Shown here: in pieces, positions 11,501 to 23,017 of the stretch
Numbering within the stretch: position 1 is the first letter of the stretch
Layout of the letters: every line of letters starts with the position of its first letter
NCBI GenBank assembly: GCA_965285935.1
Contig: OZ260666.1
Span: 47,430,001-47,494,000, forward strand
Direction of reading: 5' to 3'
Origin: Ophelia neglecta
Lineage: Eukaryota
DNA length: 64,000 nt
The notes under the pieces: generated by a model
The model's database searches: none
What the model was told of the DNA's origin: nothing
Seen by the model: the letters and a program-made list of their open reading frames with translations, nothing else
Translations under genes and position numbers: made by a program

Positions 11501-12522
11501 TGGTCTTACTCTGGATTAATTAATCGTGTTCGTTTCCATGTAGGACAAGTTGTGGCGTTTATACTCACGATTGCCTTTAGTTTCCAGCAATATTTACACC
11601 ATTCAAGCCGCTCCTCTGACTTGCACAAACATTCATTTCTTGATAATGATAGGTAATGGGCGATGAAATATCACTAACCCCTCGCGTTAACAGCTCTTAG
11701 CAGATTAATTACTTTAAGTGTTAGTAGGGCTATTGTGTTCAGCACGTGTAGCATGCAAGAAGGAGAAAAACAAACAAAAGGCATGTCTGTCCACATCTCA
11801 ATACATAATGGGCCGTGGTGTAATTTCCTGGGCGAGTGCTACCTCTAGGAAGTGACCTGGTACCGAGTTATGGCGCATTCAATCCACTGTTTGGTAAGGA
11901 ACATCTGAATTAAACACTTCCGACCCTAGCCATTAGGCTGCTGATGAAAGGGACCGCTGCATTGAATTGTATCATATCTTAACTCCACCATTTGTTCGAC
12001 AAATGCAAAGTGAAGTCAAAGCCGAAACGACTGGTCGTGATTTTTCTGGAGCCGTGCATAGACAGACACATGTCTGGGTTAATTGGGTCATGAGTAAGAA
12101 CGAATGGATTCATAATGGTCCATAGATAATCGAACATGTAGTGTAGAACATGTCTCACATCGTTACCGACAAAAGAAATGCTTTTACACCACATTTCTGT
12201 CTACCTCATCGTGAGGAAGAAAACGGATTTAAGAGCATAACACGCACACAAAAAACTGAGATGGAATTAGGAAATAGGAGCGTGAATTCGGGTGATACTT
12301 TCGGGTGTCGTGTCAATTTCTCGTATTAAATTGACCCGTGTTGTAGTTAAAACAATGGTTAACTCAATAAGACGAATGTCTAACAGGAACGAAGCCCTTC
12401 AACGTAACGGCGTCTCTGATGAGAGATGGCAGCAGTCTTTATCAGCAGGCGAAAAGGGCATTGTGACTCGATACATGGGTATACGTTTAATATTTTCTAT
12501 CCAAATACTGCTATGGGGCACA

Positions 12523-12525
<3 letters not shown>

Positions 12526-12568
<43 letters not shown>

Positions 12569-12609
12569 AGAGAGAGAGAGAGAGAGAGAGCGGGGGGGGG
12601 GGGGGGGGG
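12526..12609. repeat. (GA)n microsatellite followed by a poly-G run
   Basis: About 32 GA units with one GTGG interruption (12526-12590), then a G18 run (12592-12609). Confidence 0.97.
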
Positions 12610-14379
12610 TCCGCTTTCGATAGCTTTATATTTATAGGGCAAACCTTCGAAGACTGTCCATGGTACTAGCTACACAAAAGCAGAAGGGCGGGGGTCCTGC
12701 CCTCGTCCCATTGAACTGCCTTAATAATAAAGAGACCTTTTTGAATTTATTTACCAGCGAGATGCAATACTCTGTACATTTAGGTACCTGCAATGGCTTA
12801 TATGAGGAATTTACAATGCAGACCAGATAGCGTCACCTTGCTCCGATATCTGTCAAAAGGGCTAAATACTCCTGAATAAACTGAAGACATCTGGTAATAA
12901 AAGTTTGTGGAGGTCATAGATATCTCTTGGCATGACTGCTGATAAATATGTTATTTATTCTCAAAACCTGGTTTACGTTCAGTGAATTAAATATTAGTTG
13001 AGTACAAGCAATTCTTCTATTCGTGTAGTGACTCTGATGAATTATTAAAAAAAGTGTATCGCATCTCTGTGTACTGCTGACTCTTAATTTTCTAAAAAAT
13101 TGGCCATTATTATGTTTGCTAACAATTTTCTTAAAAGTCTGGTGAATATTTAACGTTAAAGAAAATACGATATCTCAATGTCAAGTAAGCGGCTGGCATT
13201 GATGTATTTCCTGCACGTACATCATGAGGTGGGTGCACCGACTGTTATTCCAGGCCTATATAATTTTGGCAAGCACACTTTCCAGTACCAGATCATTTAC
13301 ACCTTTTTGTACCACTTCTTAAGAAAACTTAGATAGACGATGAAAGTAATTATAGGCTAGTGTGTTATCTGCCATTTATGACCAAAAGTTTGGACAACCC
13401 TGTCTAAAACTAATCAAATATTTATTAGTCTGATAACAGCCTCTTCTGCACATGTCAGGCAGGTTTTGACATAGCAAATGACAGACCCTTCTCTGGGAAC
13501 CTTTCCGACACAATCAGATTGAATTGCTGATATTCTGACCGTGGTCTATTGAAAGGTATAATCCTTTGGACGGGTAACATTTCACACGGTAAATCGTAAC
13601 GTTATGCGGCAAACTTCATCATCAGGAGATGCCAGTAAAGATTTGTAAATGGAGGTAAGTCTAGCATTGAAATGAGCAACAGCAGGTGGCCATCAGGCAT
13701 GCACATTGTCTTGCGCACTGACTTAGGGTAAATTATAGCGGTTATGTAGCCCACATTGTCCTAGACATGCAGAGTTCCAAGGCGCTTCACACTCATTGTG
13801 AATTGACGCTTAATTCAGAAAAATTCAAAAATATCCATACAAATTGTTGACTGGATAGTTCATCTATTTATACAAGTTGTTGATAGTCGAGAAATTCCCA
13901 AGAAATACCCATACTTTGCTTCTATATCGGGAAACAACAATTCTCCCTCTTCACGGTATTTCGTGCTGAACATGCATACTTTGATTTATCCGTTTTTAAT
14001 GGTGCTTTCCCGGGGGTTGTATCTAATCTATTAAGATTTAATACAGACTCACACAGTTATGATTATGTGTATATGCGCGGATATGAATTTAGGCAAAGAT
14101 CTGTCTGTATATACTTTCTCATTTACAATAATTCGCACTGCATGTATTTTCTTTCATAATTTTTCCGTGCAGTTTTCTTATGGAAGGTACAAATAAGCCC
14201 TTAGCTTGCTGTCATTTTGAACAAATTATATACGTACTATTTTTGTTTTTTGCAGTTTTATTAATTATAATCTTACGAAGTATTATAGATATACAATATT
14301 TATATTAGGACACTTGAATAAAATGGGATTGAATTGTATTGAACTTGATTTAAAATCAGTGTCTTGCTCTATTTATTAA

Positions 14380-15290
14380 AAATAGCAATTACAGTGATAC
14401 CAGATAATTTTATCAGCTTCATAAGTTGGTAAGAGAAAGCCAGAAATTGAGTCTTAAGCTGTGTTTTGAATAAGCCTACAGACTCAGCGGATCCTACATA
14501 CGTTGGTAAGAGAGTTCATACTCTGTGGCCGCAGGGAGTAAAATGTCTTAAGCAATTCTAGATATTGTTGTTCTTGATGCAACGACATGGTCCTTGACTG
14601 AAATCGCATTGGTGGGTTGGTTCGTATCTCTTCAGCAGTAGAGTCAAGTCAATTCGATATTTCACTGGAAGCTCAGGTCTTAGAAGACCGATGTAAAGCT
14701 GTCACGTGTAAACTGGTATGAGTAACGAGCGGCGAATTAAGTTCTGCGCCTTGACCTCTCTAGTCGTCTGCGTATTCCTGCAGAGACAACACACCTCTGA
14801 TAATTACAATTGTCAATACAGCATGTCCCTAGCGCAACTGATGCGTCCAATATTCCGTAGACGCTTTGTAACGGACCCGACAACAGAGGTCATCTGAAGT
14901 GCAAGTGTCAAAGACAGACGATAAATTGCTTCCATTTTTTCACAGCTTGTTCTTAACAGTTGCCAGCGTCCCAGATACTGATATGTGCCAGACATTATAG
15001 TGCTTTTGGAAGCATTTGGCGCACGTGAGTGCACAGACCAAGATCCTCTGTTAGATTATTTACTTCATCTTACCTCCAAGTGGCACTCATCCAGGTGTGC
15101 AGCGTATATATGGAGGCGAATACCAGATTTCCTGATGAGAAATCCGAGAGGGCGAATGTACACGAGAAGCAGCAGTGGTCCAAAAACCGAGCCTTGCCGC
15201 CCCCCCCCCCTTAGAGTACCTACAGTGCTATCTCTGTAAGTCTTATCTGCAAGATACGCCAAGGAAAACTGCTAGCCCCGACTGTTGGCT
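14380..15290 (-). mobile_element. Decayed 5'-truncated L2/CR1-group LINE (RT and C-terminal part of ORF2)
   Basis: Minus-strand translations give LAYLADKTYR, QGSVFGPLLLLVYIRPLGFLIRKSGIRLHIYA (the RT QGSVLGP..YADD region, YADD destroyed), LRNIGRI, LPVKYRID, NSL/P and FKTQLKT in colinear order, interrupted by frameshifts and stops. Confidence 0.85.
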
Positions 15291-15579
15291 GCTGTAGCTG
15301 AACTTCTTTGTCTCTACCCTGTTATCTCGGTTTTGTTATGGTAGAGATGTGTGCCACAGTTATTGAAAATATTTTTAGCAAGAAACTTCATGCCACAAGA
15401 TGTGCATGACAGTGCACATTTAGAAATATTTTATATATTTAGAATATATATGATATGAAGATGGTACAGCGCTCAGGTATGTCTTCTTATCATTAAACGT
15501 AAATGGCCTACCAATATTCTGGAAATTTAAAACGCAAACCTAATTCCAACTGAAGCATATCCAACTGAATTTAGTTTGA

Positions 15580-15990
15580 CGGGGTGACTCAGGTAGGATG
15601 GGGTTGCACTAGGACCTGGGTGGCCTGGTCGTCTGATGCATTGTGGCATTACTAGTATCGTGGTGACCGTATACAGGAAGATCAAAATGGTATTTGGTTT
15701 TGCGGCGGGACTACTATCGGGGTGACAGTATAAAGAATGGGATCCGGAGGGTGGCATTGTCGTTCGATGTGTCGTGGCGGGGTGACACTTTACAGGAAGG
15801 GAGGGGTAGCATTGTCGTCTGGGGTATTTTGGCGGGAGTAGGATCGGGGTGCCATAATACAGGAAGGAAGGAGTGGCATTGTCGTCTGATATCTTGTTGC
15901 GGGGCTAGTATCAGGGTGACTGTATTCAGGAAGGGAAAAGTGGTATTGCCGTATAAGATCTTGTTGCGGGGCTTGTATCGGTTAACTACT
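15580..15990. repeat. Degenerate GC-rich minisatellite, unit about 60-67 bp, about 6 copies
   Basis: The motif gtggcattgtcgtctg...gcgggg.tagtatcggggtgac....tacaggaagg recurs, with GGTGAC-like anchors near 15662, 15721, 15781, 15848, 15915 and 15980. Confidence 0.75.
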
Positions 15991-17549
15991 GTTCGTGTGA
16001 GGTGTCAAGCTGGGGGCGTGGGAGTTGGCGCGGAATAAAATTATCACAGAAGGTGAAGGCGATGACGCGAGTGAGGGTGATAATTAACCTGACACGAGTC
16101 GCAGAACAGAGATAGGTGGGGGTTTGCGTGAACGCTGGGTGACACAATTCAAGTGGGAAGGCATGACATGAGCCGGTATTGACGAATATATTTTGTCTAA
16201 AGCCAGGTGCGTTGCGCCGACGTCATTTCTGTTGATCGACACTTCTTTTTAAGTGTTAATTTAAATCTGACCTGTTTTACACTTCCAATATGCTCATGAT
16301 GCCTTGCAATTCTTTTTTAAATAGGGTTTCCCAGTAAAATGCTACGTTTATACTTTCATTTAGAAGACAGACATTGTAGAAAAATCAACATAATTGCTTT
16401 TATTTACATGTTTACTAGCTAGATTCTGAAAGTACATATTGGGAAAGGCAAACGACTTTTATTCAATGTTTTGGCTTGTTTAAGAATACATTTTAGAAGC
16501 TATCTGATAGTCTGGTATTCATAAACGTATAATATTAATATATCCGGAAAAATATCTTTGAATATCAGCCAAAAAGAACATTTTTCTGCAGAATCTGATT
16601 GGCTGTTTTTCATTGATAATTCTTCTTACTTAAATACAAAACTAGTAGCGATTCGTTTTCATTGCGTACCGTGATAACTACAATAAGATCAGTATATCTA
16701 TTAACAGCTATTTTACACCAGAAGGAAGTTTACAAAATAGATTATGATATTAAGCCTGCTATGGCTTACAGCATACAATGATACAAAATGTGCTATATCA
16801 TATCCTTTGTTATTGGACTATTTGGACAATCAATGATATATTTGAAAATAGAAAAGGAAAAACTAGTTACCAATTATGGTGCAATTAACTGAAAGGTTAT
16901 ATTATAGGCCTATGTGCTTTAAGACGGACCTTGAAATATTTCTACAGAAATTTAATATGTGTTTCGCATTAAAACTATCACTGAAATCGTGCTTAATCTT
17001 ATGACGTTTCCAGAAAAGTATTGCACCATGACTTTTGACACAAAGATTTAATCTGAATGCCTGACAGACCAACAATCTAAGTGGTTGGTATGTGCAGACG
17101 CCCGTGGGCCCAGACATAGAATAGCTCGTGCGGCAGAGTTTAGAGGATAATTTCGATGGCAGTTTCGGTGTTGAGTGATTAGCGGTCGATGTAGGTACAC
17201 ATTAGGGTGTATATGAATGAAAAGGAGGGAAACTCATCATATAGCCTCGTGGCTACTCCTCCAAGTCTCGTAGCCTCGTCTGTACCTCTCTAAGTCACGT
17301 GGTATCCTACTCCTCCAAATCACCACTATCTGAAAGGACACAATGCTAAATTAAATGCTAACTGATTTTTCTCGAGTATTGCACGTAAATTTATGTTGAT
17401 AAGATTTTTTTTGTATGTTACTTTTTTCCTTTATTTATTTCCTTGTTTGCCTCCATGAATAAGGAGAGAATATATTTCATTTAATACACTAAATTAATAA
17501 ATTTACAAATTACAGTAATAATAATTGCATTAAGTAACAGTTGGAATAA

Positions 17550-18320
17550 ACTTTATACATGCTTTAACAAAAGTAGTTTCCTTGCACTGATAATTTTATG
17601 GATGACCCATGGTATGTGAAGGTCTTCACAGGTAAAAACGTTATTAAGGATATCAATGTAGTTAGCTCCATCGGTTACCCGGCGTATGTCCGATTTTATC
17701 TCTGCTGTGCTATCACTTAATGCATCAAATTCAAACACAACATGTTAAACTAGCACCTCACAGCATTGACACAATGCACAAATCCTTCAACCAGGTTTCC
17801 ATGCGACCGGTTATATATGGTATTTTGAATTTATTTGTTTTTGCAGGGTTTGAAGGAAAAAACTATTTATCACAGCAATTAATTTCTATGTCCTGACTAA
17901 GACCTTCCTCTAGATAAAGCCCAGTTTCTGCGGGAATTTTTCACTTTCAGCCATTCGAATTCAACGATTTATTGCCGTCTTACAGTCTTTGAAAGTGATG
18001 TCTTCGGCAATAAATTCTATTTGAGCAATGGTAGTAAAATTTCATTTTCTCTTCTATTCATCACGAGAACTGGTTGCCAGTCCAAGGCAGCTGTTAGAGA
18101 CCATTGTTGGGCATTTGTTGTTAAATTACTTTCTACGACGGATGTCTATTCTACCGGAAGGTATCCAGAACACGGCTGCAATCTTTTCTTCGATAAACCG
18201 CACTTTAAAGCCCTTCTATCCCCTACTTGTCGATATAAGGCTAAGAGAACTCCAGAAATTCGATGATGCCTGCCACAAAAGAATTCGCCGTTTCCAACCT
18301 AAAGCATTAAAGGGCCTCAA
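17550..18320 (-). mobile_element. Heavily decayed non-LTR retrotransposon 3' fragment (RTE-X-like C-terminus)
   Basis: Minus-strand fragments ITGR...LC and ICALCQ..E...HVVFEFDALSD resemble the ETGR / CxxC...H..xxC zinc-knuckle end of RTE-X-type ORF2. Many stops and frameshifts. Confidence 0.35.
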
Positions 18321-20309
18321 AAAATTCTGAGAGCGTTGCGACTAAATTTGGCGGAAAACTCACAGTACCATTGAGACCGTGAAAGGGATATTCCGGTGAT
18401 GTGAGATTGACAAGAAAAATAGTTGATCACGAACCGCGGTTTCCTACGCTTGCCTCCCTGAGATTCGTTTCGGTGCATGTCTGAGCTGATTAATTGAATT
18501 GGCTGCCTGTGGAAATGAGGAAATCTATTCCCTAAGTCGAATGGCTCACGTCGCATACCATGCAGCTACCCACCCAGCTAGTCCTATACTCAATAGGATT
18601 CCTTCGCCCCCTGTCGGCATCTCTCGCCATCGGTGAATGGCACATTACTTTTTTAGAATAAGCTTTGCTCGTATACTTCTCGGTAACACTTCCGGACAAT
18701 TAGAAATAATGAAGGCGATATTATATGGAAATGAACATTTGGAAATCAAGACTTCAAAGCTGATGGTGAGCGGCATTCATATCCATAAATGGCAGACGGC
18801 TTTGTTGTGACTCTTGACACAGGTCGTTCTGTGATTAAGATGAGAGCCTGACGATCACGCCGTTATGAACGTCGATCCCCATCGATTAACAAAGACGAAT
18901 GGTATTAAGTAAAGGAACAGTTCGATGATATAAACTTCCAGCCGGCCGCTTTGTGGCTTAAGTTGAGAATTGAGTTGCAGGCATTCGGCAAAAGAGCCAA
19001 ATGTGCCTTGTCTCTTCGTCAGCAATTCTCAGTTTTTTGGAAAAATGTTTAAGTTGATTCGAGCAAGAAGCTTTATGAATAATCCATTACTTTTATGGCT
19101 GTTTAGAAGACGAATTCGCAATACGATATTATCTATCGATCTTACTATGATAGCCTATTACAACGGAAATGGCTGTATTTCATATAATACATACGAACCT
19201 GACAAACACAATTTTCTTTAACGAATATATTTGTGATCATTGCCGACTGTTCTCAACAAAACTTACGCGAATATGCAACATGGTGACACGGGCATTGCCG
19301 CCGAGTGTCTACTTAGAACATGTACCCTTTTAGCTCGCTGTTCCAAGAATCTCCATATTTGATACGCATGCGCATTTCTTACAGTTATTTTTGCATTATT
19401 GCTATATAGGCCCTATATCGCCAGAAATAATAGCCAAGTGCGTGACTGAAAATTCTGAACTTCTGCATGATGAAAAGTACGTGGCACATAGTTTTTATAA
19501 AATAGAATCGGCGGTTGCATGCTGGTTAATATAGCTCGAGGATTCGCAGAAAACTTAGATGGTGAAAAAAGATGGACAAAAGAACGAGTATCCATAAATC
19601 CTTTGCTCAAGGCTTTTATATTAGTCAGTGGCGTAGGTGACGCTCAGAAAATTGGTTTATTTGCTGTCAACTTCTCTCTTTATTCAGTTTTAAAAGAAGG
19701 ACATCTATGCTTTTATTACTTGTCCGTTTTTATGACATAGCTTTAGATGTTTATCTTATCTCGAAAACACATTACAATTATGAACAAGATCATTAAAAGA
19801 ATGCTCATTTCCTTCATCTATGGCGTTAATTTAGCTCATAACGACTTTTTATTAGAAAGGCAACTTTCCGAAATATTCACACAAATGTTCAGTGTATAAT
19901 ATGGCTTTCAAGAAACCATACCTTGCGAAAAAATAATTTGTCCGCGTCCATGTGACATTGTGTCGTTTGTTTCTAGAATATAACTAAAAGAATTGTGTAC
20001 AAACTTGCACCTTGGACTTCACATAGTTGTTCAATATATGAATAGTATGGTCCAAATACTAAGTCGCGAAAACTTCTCAAGTTCAGGATAGTGGAAGACT
20101 GAACGCGGTTTTATTGATTCACAGAGAAGCTAGATGGAAACCTTATGCCCCAAAACACTATGTTAACGATTTATCCGGAGTTAAGCATATCGAGGGGGTA
20201 ATGTGTGTTCTCGAAATCATTGCTGGTTGAACGCACACTCGTTCATCCCTAATTCCACTAAGATTCCAAAACGTGTTGTTGACAATAGCTCCCAAGTTGT
20301 TTTATGCTC

Positions 20310-20371
20310 TCAAGACAGCGAAAAGGGTGAGTTAAAAAGAGGTCCTTCTCTGAAGGATGTGACGAACGAGC
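20310..20371 (-). CDS. Candidate terminal coding exon of the DLamide precursor ((G)SFVTSFREGPLFNSPFSLS*)
   Basis: Minus-strand acceptor ttgacccaatacaaattttctcccAG is phase-compatible with the phase-1 donor at 22345, and AATAAA lies about 200 nt further (about 20110). Other acceptors (e.g. near 21750) are also possible. Confidence 0.25.
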
Positions 20372-21230
20372 CTGGGAGAAAATTTGTATTGGGTCAACCA
20401 TTAGCACCAAACATACAGACGTGCTGAACATAATTATAAGCGCTTACAGTTCTTGTAAATGGATACATCCTTATTTAATTGAAAGCATGTAAGCATACAT
20501 GCAAAAACAAACTTAAACCGGGAAAAATACATCCATTAAAGTTTATCCTAAATCAATGCACTTCGAAAGTATGTCCGCCACTTCCTTAATATGTACAGTA
20601 CAAAAACACCAATGGGATAGTAGCTTTTAAATATACAATATTTCCTCCCTGTGTTCAAAAAGGAGAAGGCATTCATATGAAGAGGCTTTATCGGTGAACA
20701 CAAGGCCAGGCAATGGAACTAGCGTATGCCTAACCTTTGAGCAGTCCGCTTGTGTGTGTAGAAGGTAAAAGGTTTTATTGATAGACCTACGTTACTTTAA
20801 TATTACCCGGTTTAGGTTATTTGTGGGCGTTTCTAGATTGATCCGGTTCCCCCTGAACAACACACATGCATCTGAATAGTCTACATTTTCAAGCACTGAA
20901 TTAGTTAATATCACTCACAGTATGTGTAATGATTTGGCATGTCTCAATTTTACCAACAAAAGACATATGGCTATGCCCAGTGCATGTACCTGAATGTTAA
21001 GATTAATATAATTATGCGCTTAATAACCGCTTTCGTAACTTTGCGTTTTCCAAAATGAAAATCATTTCTAAAATTGAATATCCAAATATCTACTCTTGTC
21101 TTGCTGAAACCGGAAACGATCTTGATGATAGGCTCGTGACAGGAAGAACGTGACCTCGGGCAAAAAATTACCGGGTAGCTGACGCGCTTTATATACCATT
21201 TGAAACAGTGCCTGAGCGAATGAGTCAATT

Positions 21231-21535
21231 CCGGGGGCGGGGCGGGGGGGGGGGGTGTTGTGGCGGGGAGGGAGATAAAATGTAATGGAAGAAGTGGTCG
21301 TCATCTAAGTTTACTAGGCGGATCTCCAGTTTGTAAGTCCGAAACTCAAACAACTGTCAATATTTACAGCAAATAAAAAGTCGAGAGCGCGAAGTCCCAG
21401 ACAAGGTCTTGAGGTCTTTACTGTCGAGTATATGAGCGCGGGTTTGAGCGATCTATATAAGCTGTGGCCTACCCTGCATCTATATCGTGTATGCTCGAAC
21501 TATACCCGTGTTCAATATCATCCCCCCCCCCCCGG
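21231..21535. mobile_element. Putative MITE with CCGGGGG...CCCCCGG termini
   Basis: ATTCCGGGGG(G-run) at 21228-21255 and (C-run)CCGGAAT at 21522-21538 are inverted. Flanks AATT/AATA could be a degenerate TSD. Confidence 0.4.
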
Positions 21536-22344
21536 AATACCGTAATTTGTACCTATCAGCGCACCCAAAACCTTACCAAAATACTCGTAATATTAATTTA
21601 AGAAGTCGACCTACAGAAGTGCTTAATGGCCAAGTTAGTTGAAAAAATATTTGATAAAATGCCATTACTAAATTTCCCGCGTAGAGAAATCAAAGTATTT
21701 AACGGCTATATCATCGCCCCCCAGGACTCAGTCTAGATTGAGACAGAGACCTGAAAGTCTGGAAATTTGTCAGAATGGGTGACTCTGTATACTGTAATTC
21801 TTAGATACTGACAAATTGTAACACTTTGACAATGGATTTTTTCTGGTACTCACTTTTTTTTCTGTTTATATGTTAAAGCTTTTATTGACTAATATACATG
21901 TATCAATTAAGATTAATATTACAAATAAAAGTGTTACGTTTAGCTAGGAGAACTTAGTTTTGATATCATCTCCACGTCATGGACACCCATTGACTTTGAG
22001 TGTGCGATATTTTCTCTCCAAAATAATAATTTATCGCTCAGTTTTACTTCATAAATATCCCGACTACAATGTTCGGTGACACATTGGAGACAAATTTCAC
22101 AAGTCGTTCGTGTCACCGTCACGTGTGGGTAGGTAAAATATATGCAACACAAGAGCCTGTTGACATTTACGTAGGCATCCTGCTTATCACTACTCGTGTA
22201 TCAATTCGCTTACTTGTCCCTTCATTATTACGCGGCGGACTAGTTTGTTATCATTAGGACTAAAGCCTGCTTAAATGACGTGTCGTTTTGTTACTTTTTC
22301 AATATTTAGGCCTATATACCTTGAAGAGAGGCAAAGGTTCTTAC

Positions 22345-23017
22345 CGTCTGCCCGCTTCCCGAGGTCGGTTCGAAACATACTTCTTTTCCCCAGATCGGTC
22401 CGAAACATACTTCTTTTCCCCAGATCGGTCCTAAACATACTTCTTCGTTTTTCCTCGTCGTATTTTCCTCCCAGATCTGACTTGAAGCCGCTGAACCGTT
22501 TTCCGAGGTCTGCTCTAAACATCGCTCGTTTCTGCTCGTTGTCACCAAGATTAAGTAGGTTAAGTAGGTCTTGTTCGTCCATGTACAAGTCGTCATCATC
22601 TAAATAAGTCCGTTTACCCAAATCTGCCCTGAAACTGTTGAAGCGTTTCTCAGTGGAATCCATGCCGGATCGCTTGCCCAAATCCGTACGAAAACTTTGG
22701 AAACGTTTCCCTAGGTCGGCTCTGAAGGCGTTGAGACGCTTCAAAAGTTCCCTCTTGCCGAGGTCAGCCCGGAAGGAGCTGAGCCGCTTGTTCTCTGCCC
22801 TCTTACCGAGATCGGCGCGAAAGGCACTAAATCGTTTGTCATCGTCCCCGTCACTGCGCTTGCCCAGATCGTTCCGGAAGTGGCTGAAGCGTTTTTCATT
22901 GCTGAGCGCCACCGCGTCGTCTTCTGGGAGTTCCGACGCTATTACGTGATTCCATTGCATACATACCGTCACAACTGCCGCGACACAAATTCTTTGGACA
23001 AGCGTGGCACAACCCAT
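22345..23017 (-). CDS. DLa: DLamide (FRxDLamide) neuropeptide precursor, main coding exon
   Basis: N-terminal hydrophobic signal peptide (MGCATLVQRICVAAVVTVCMQWNHVIA) and acidic spacers. KR-flanked Gly-extended peptides: FSHFRNDL, FSAFRADL, LSSFRADL, LNAFRADL, FQSFRTDL, FNSFRADL, AMFRADL and 3x SMFRTDL (each followed by GKR), plus the variant FSGFKSDLGGK. The FRADLamide motif is characteristic of spiralian DLamides. Acceptor tttttcagcag directly precedes the ATG and the donor GACG|GTAAGA is at 22345/22344. Unspliced, the ORF runs to 22271. Confidence 0.92.

Noticed and set aside
12292-12669. ORFs with ERERER/GGGG tracts
   Set aside because: Translation of the (GA)n and poly-G microsatellite.
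22275-22949. Plus-strand repetitive ORFs (RFPRS... repeats)
   Set aside because: Antisense shadow of the repetitive neuropeptide precursor.
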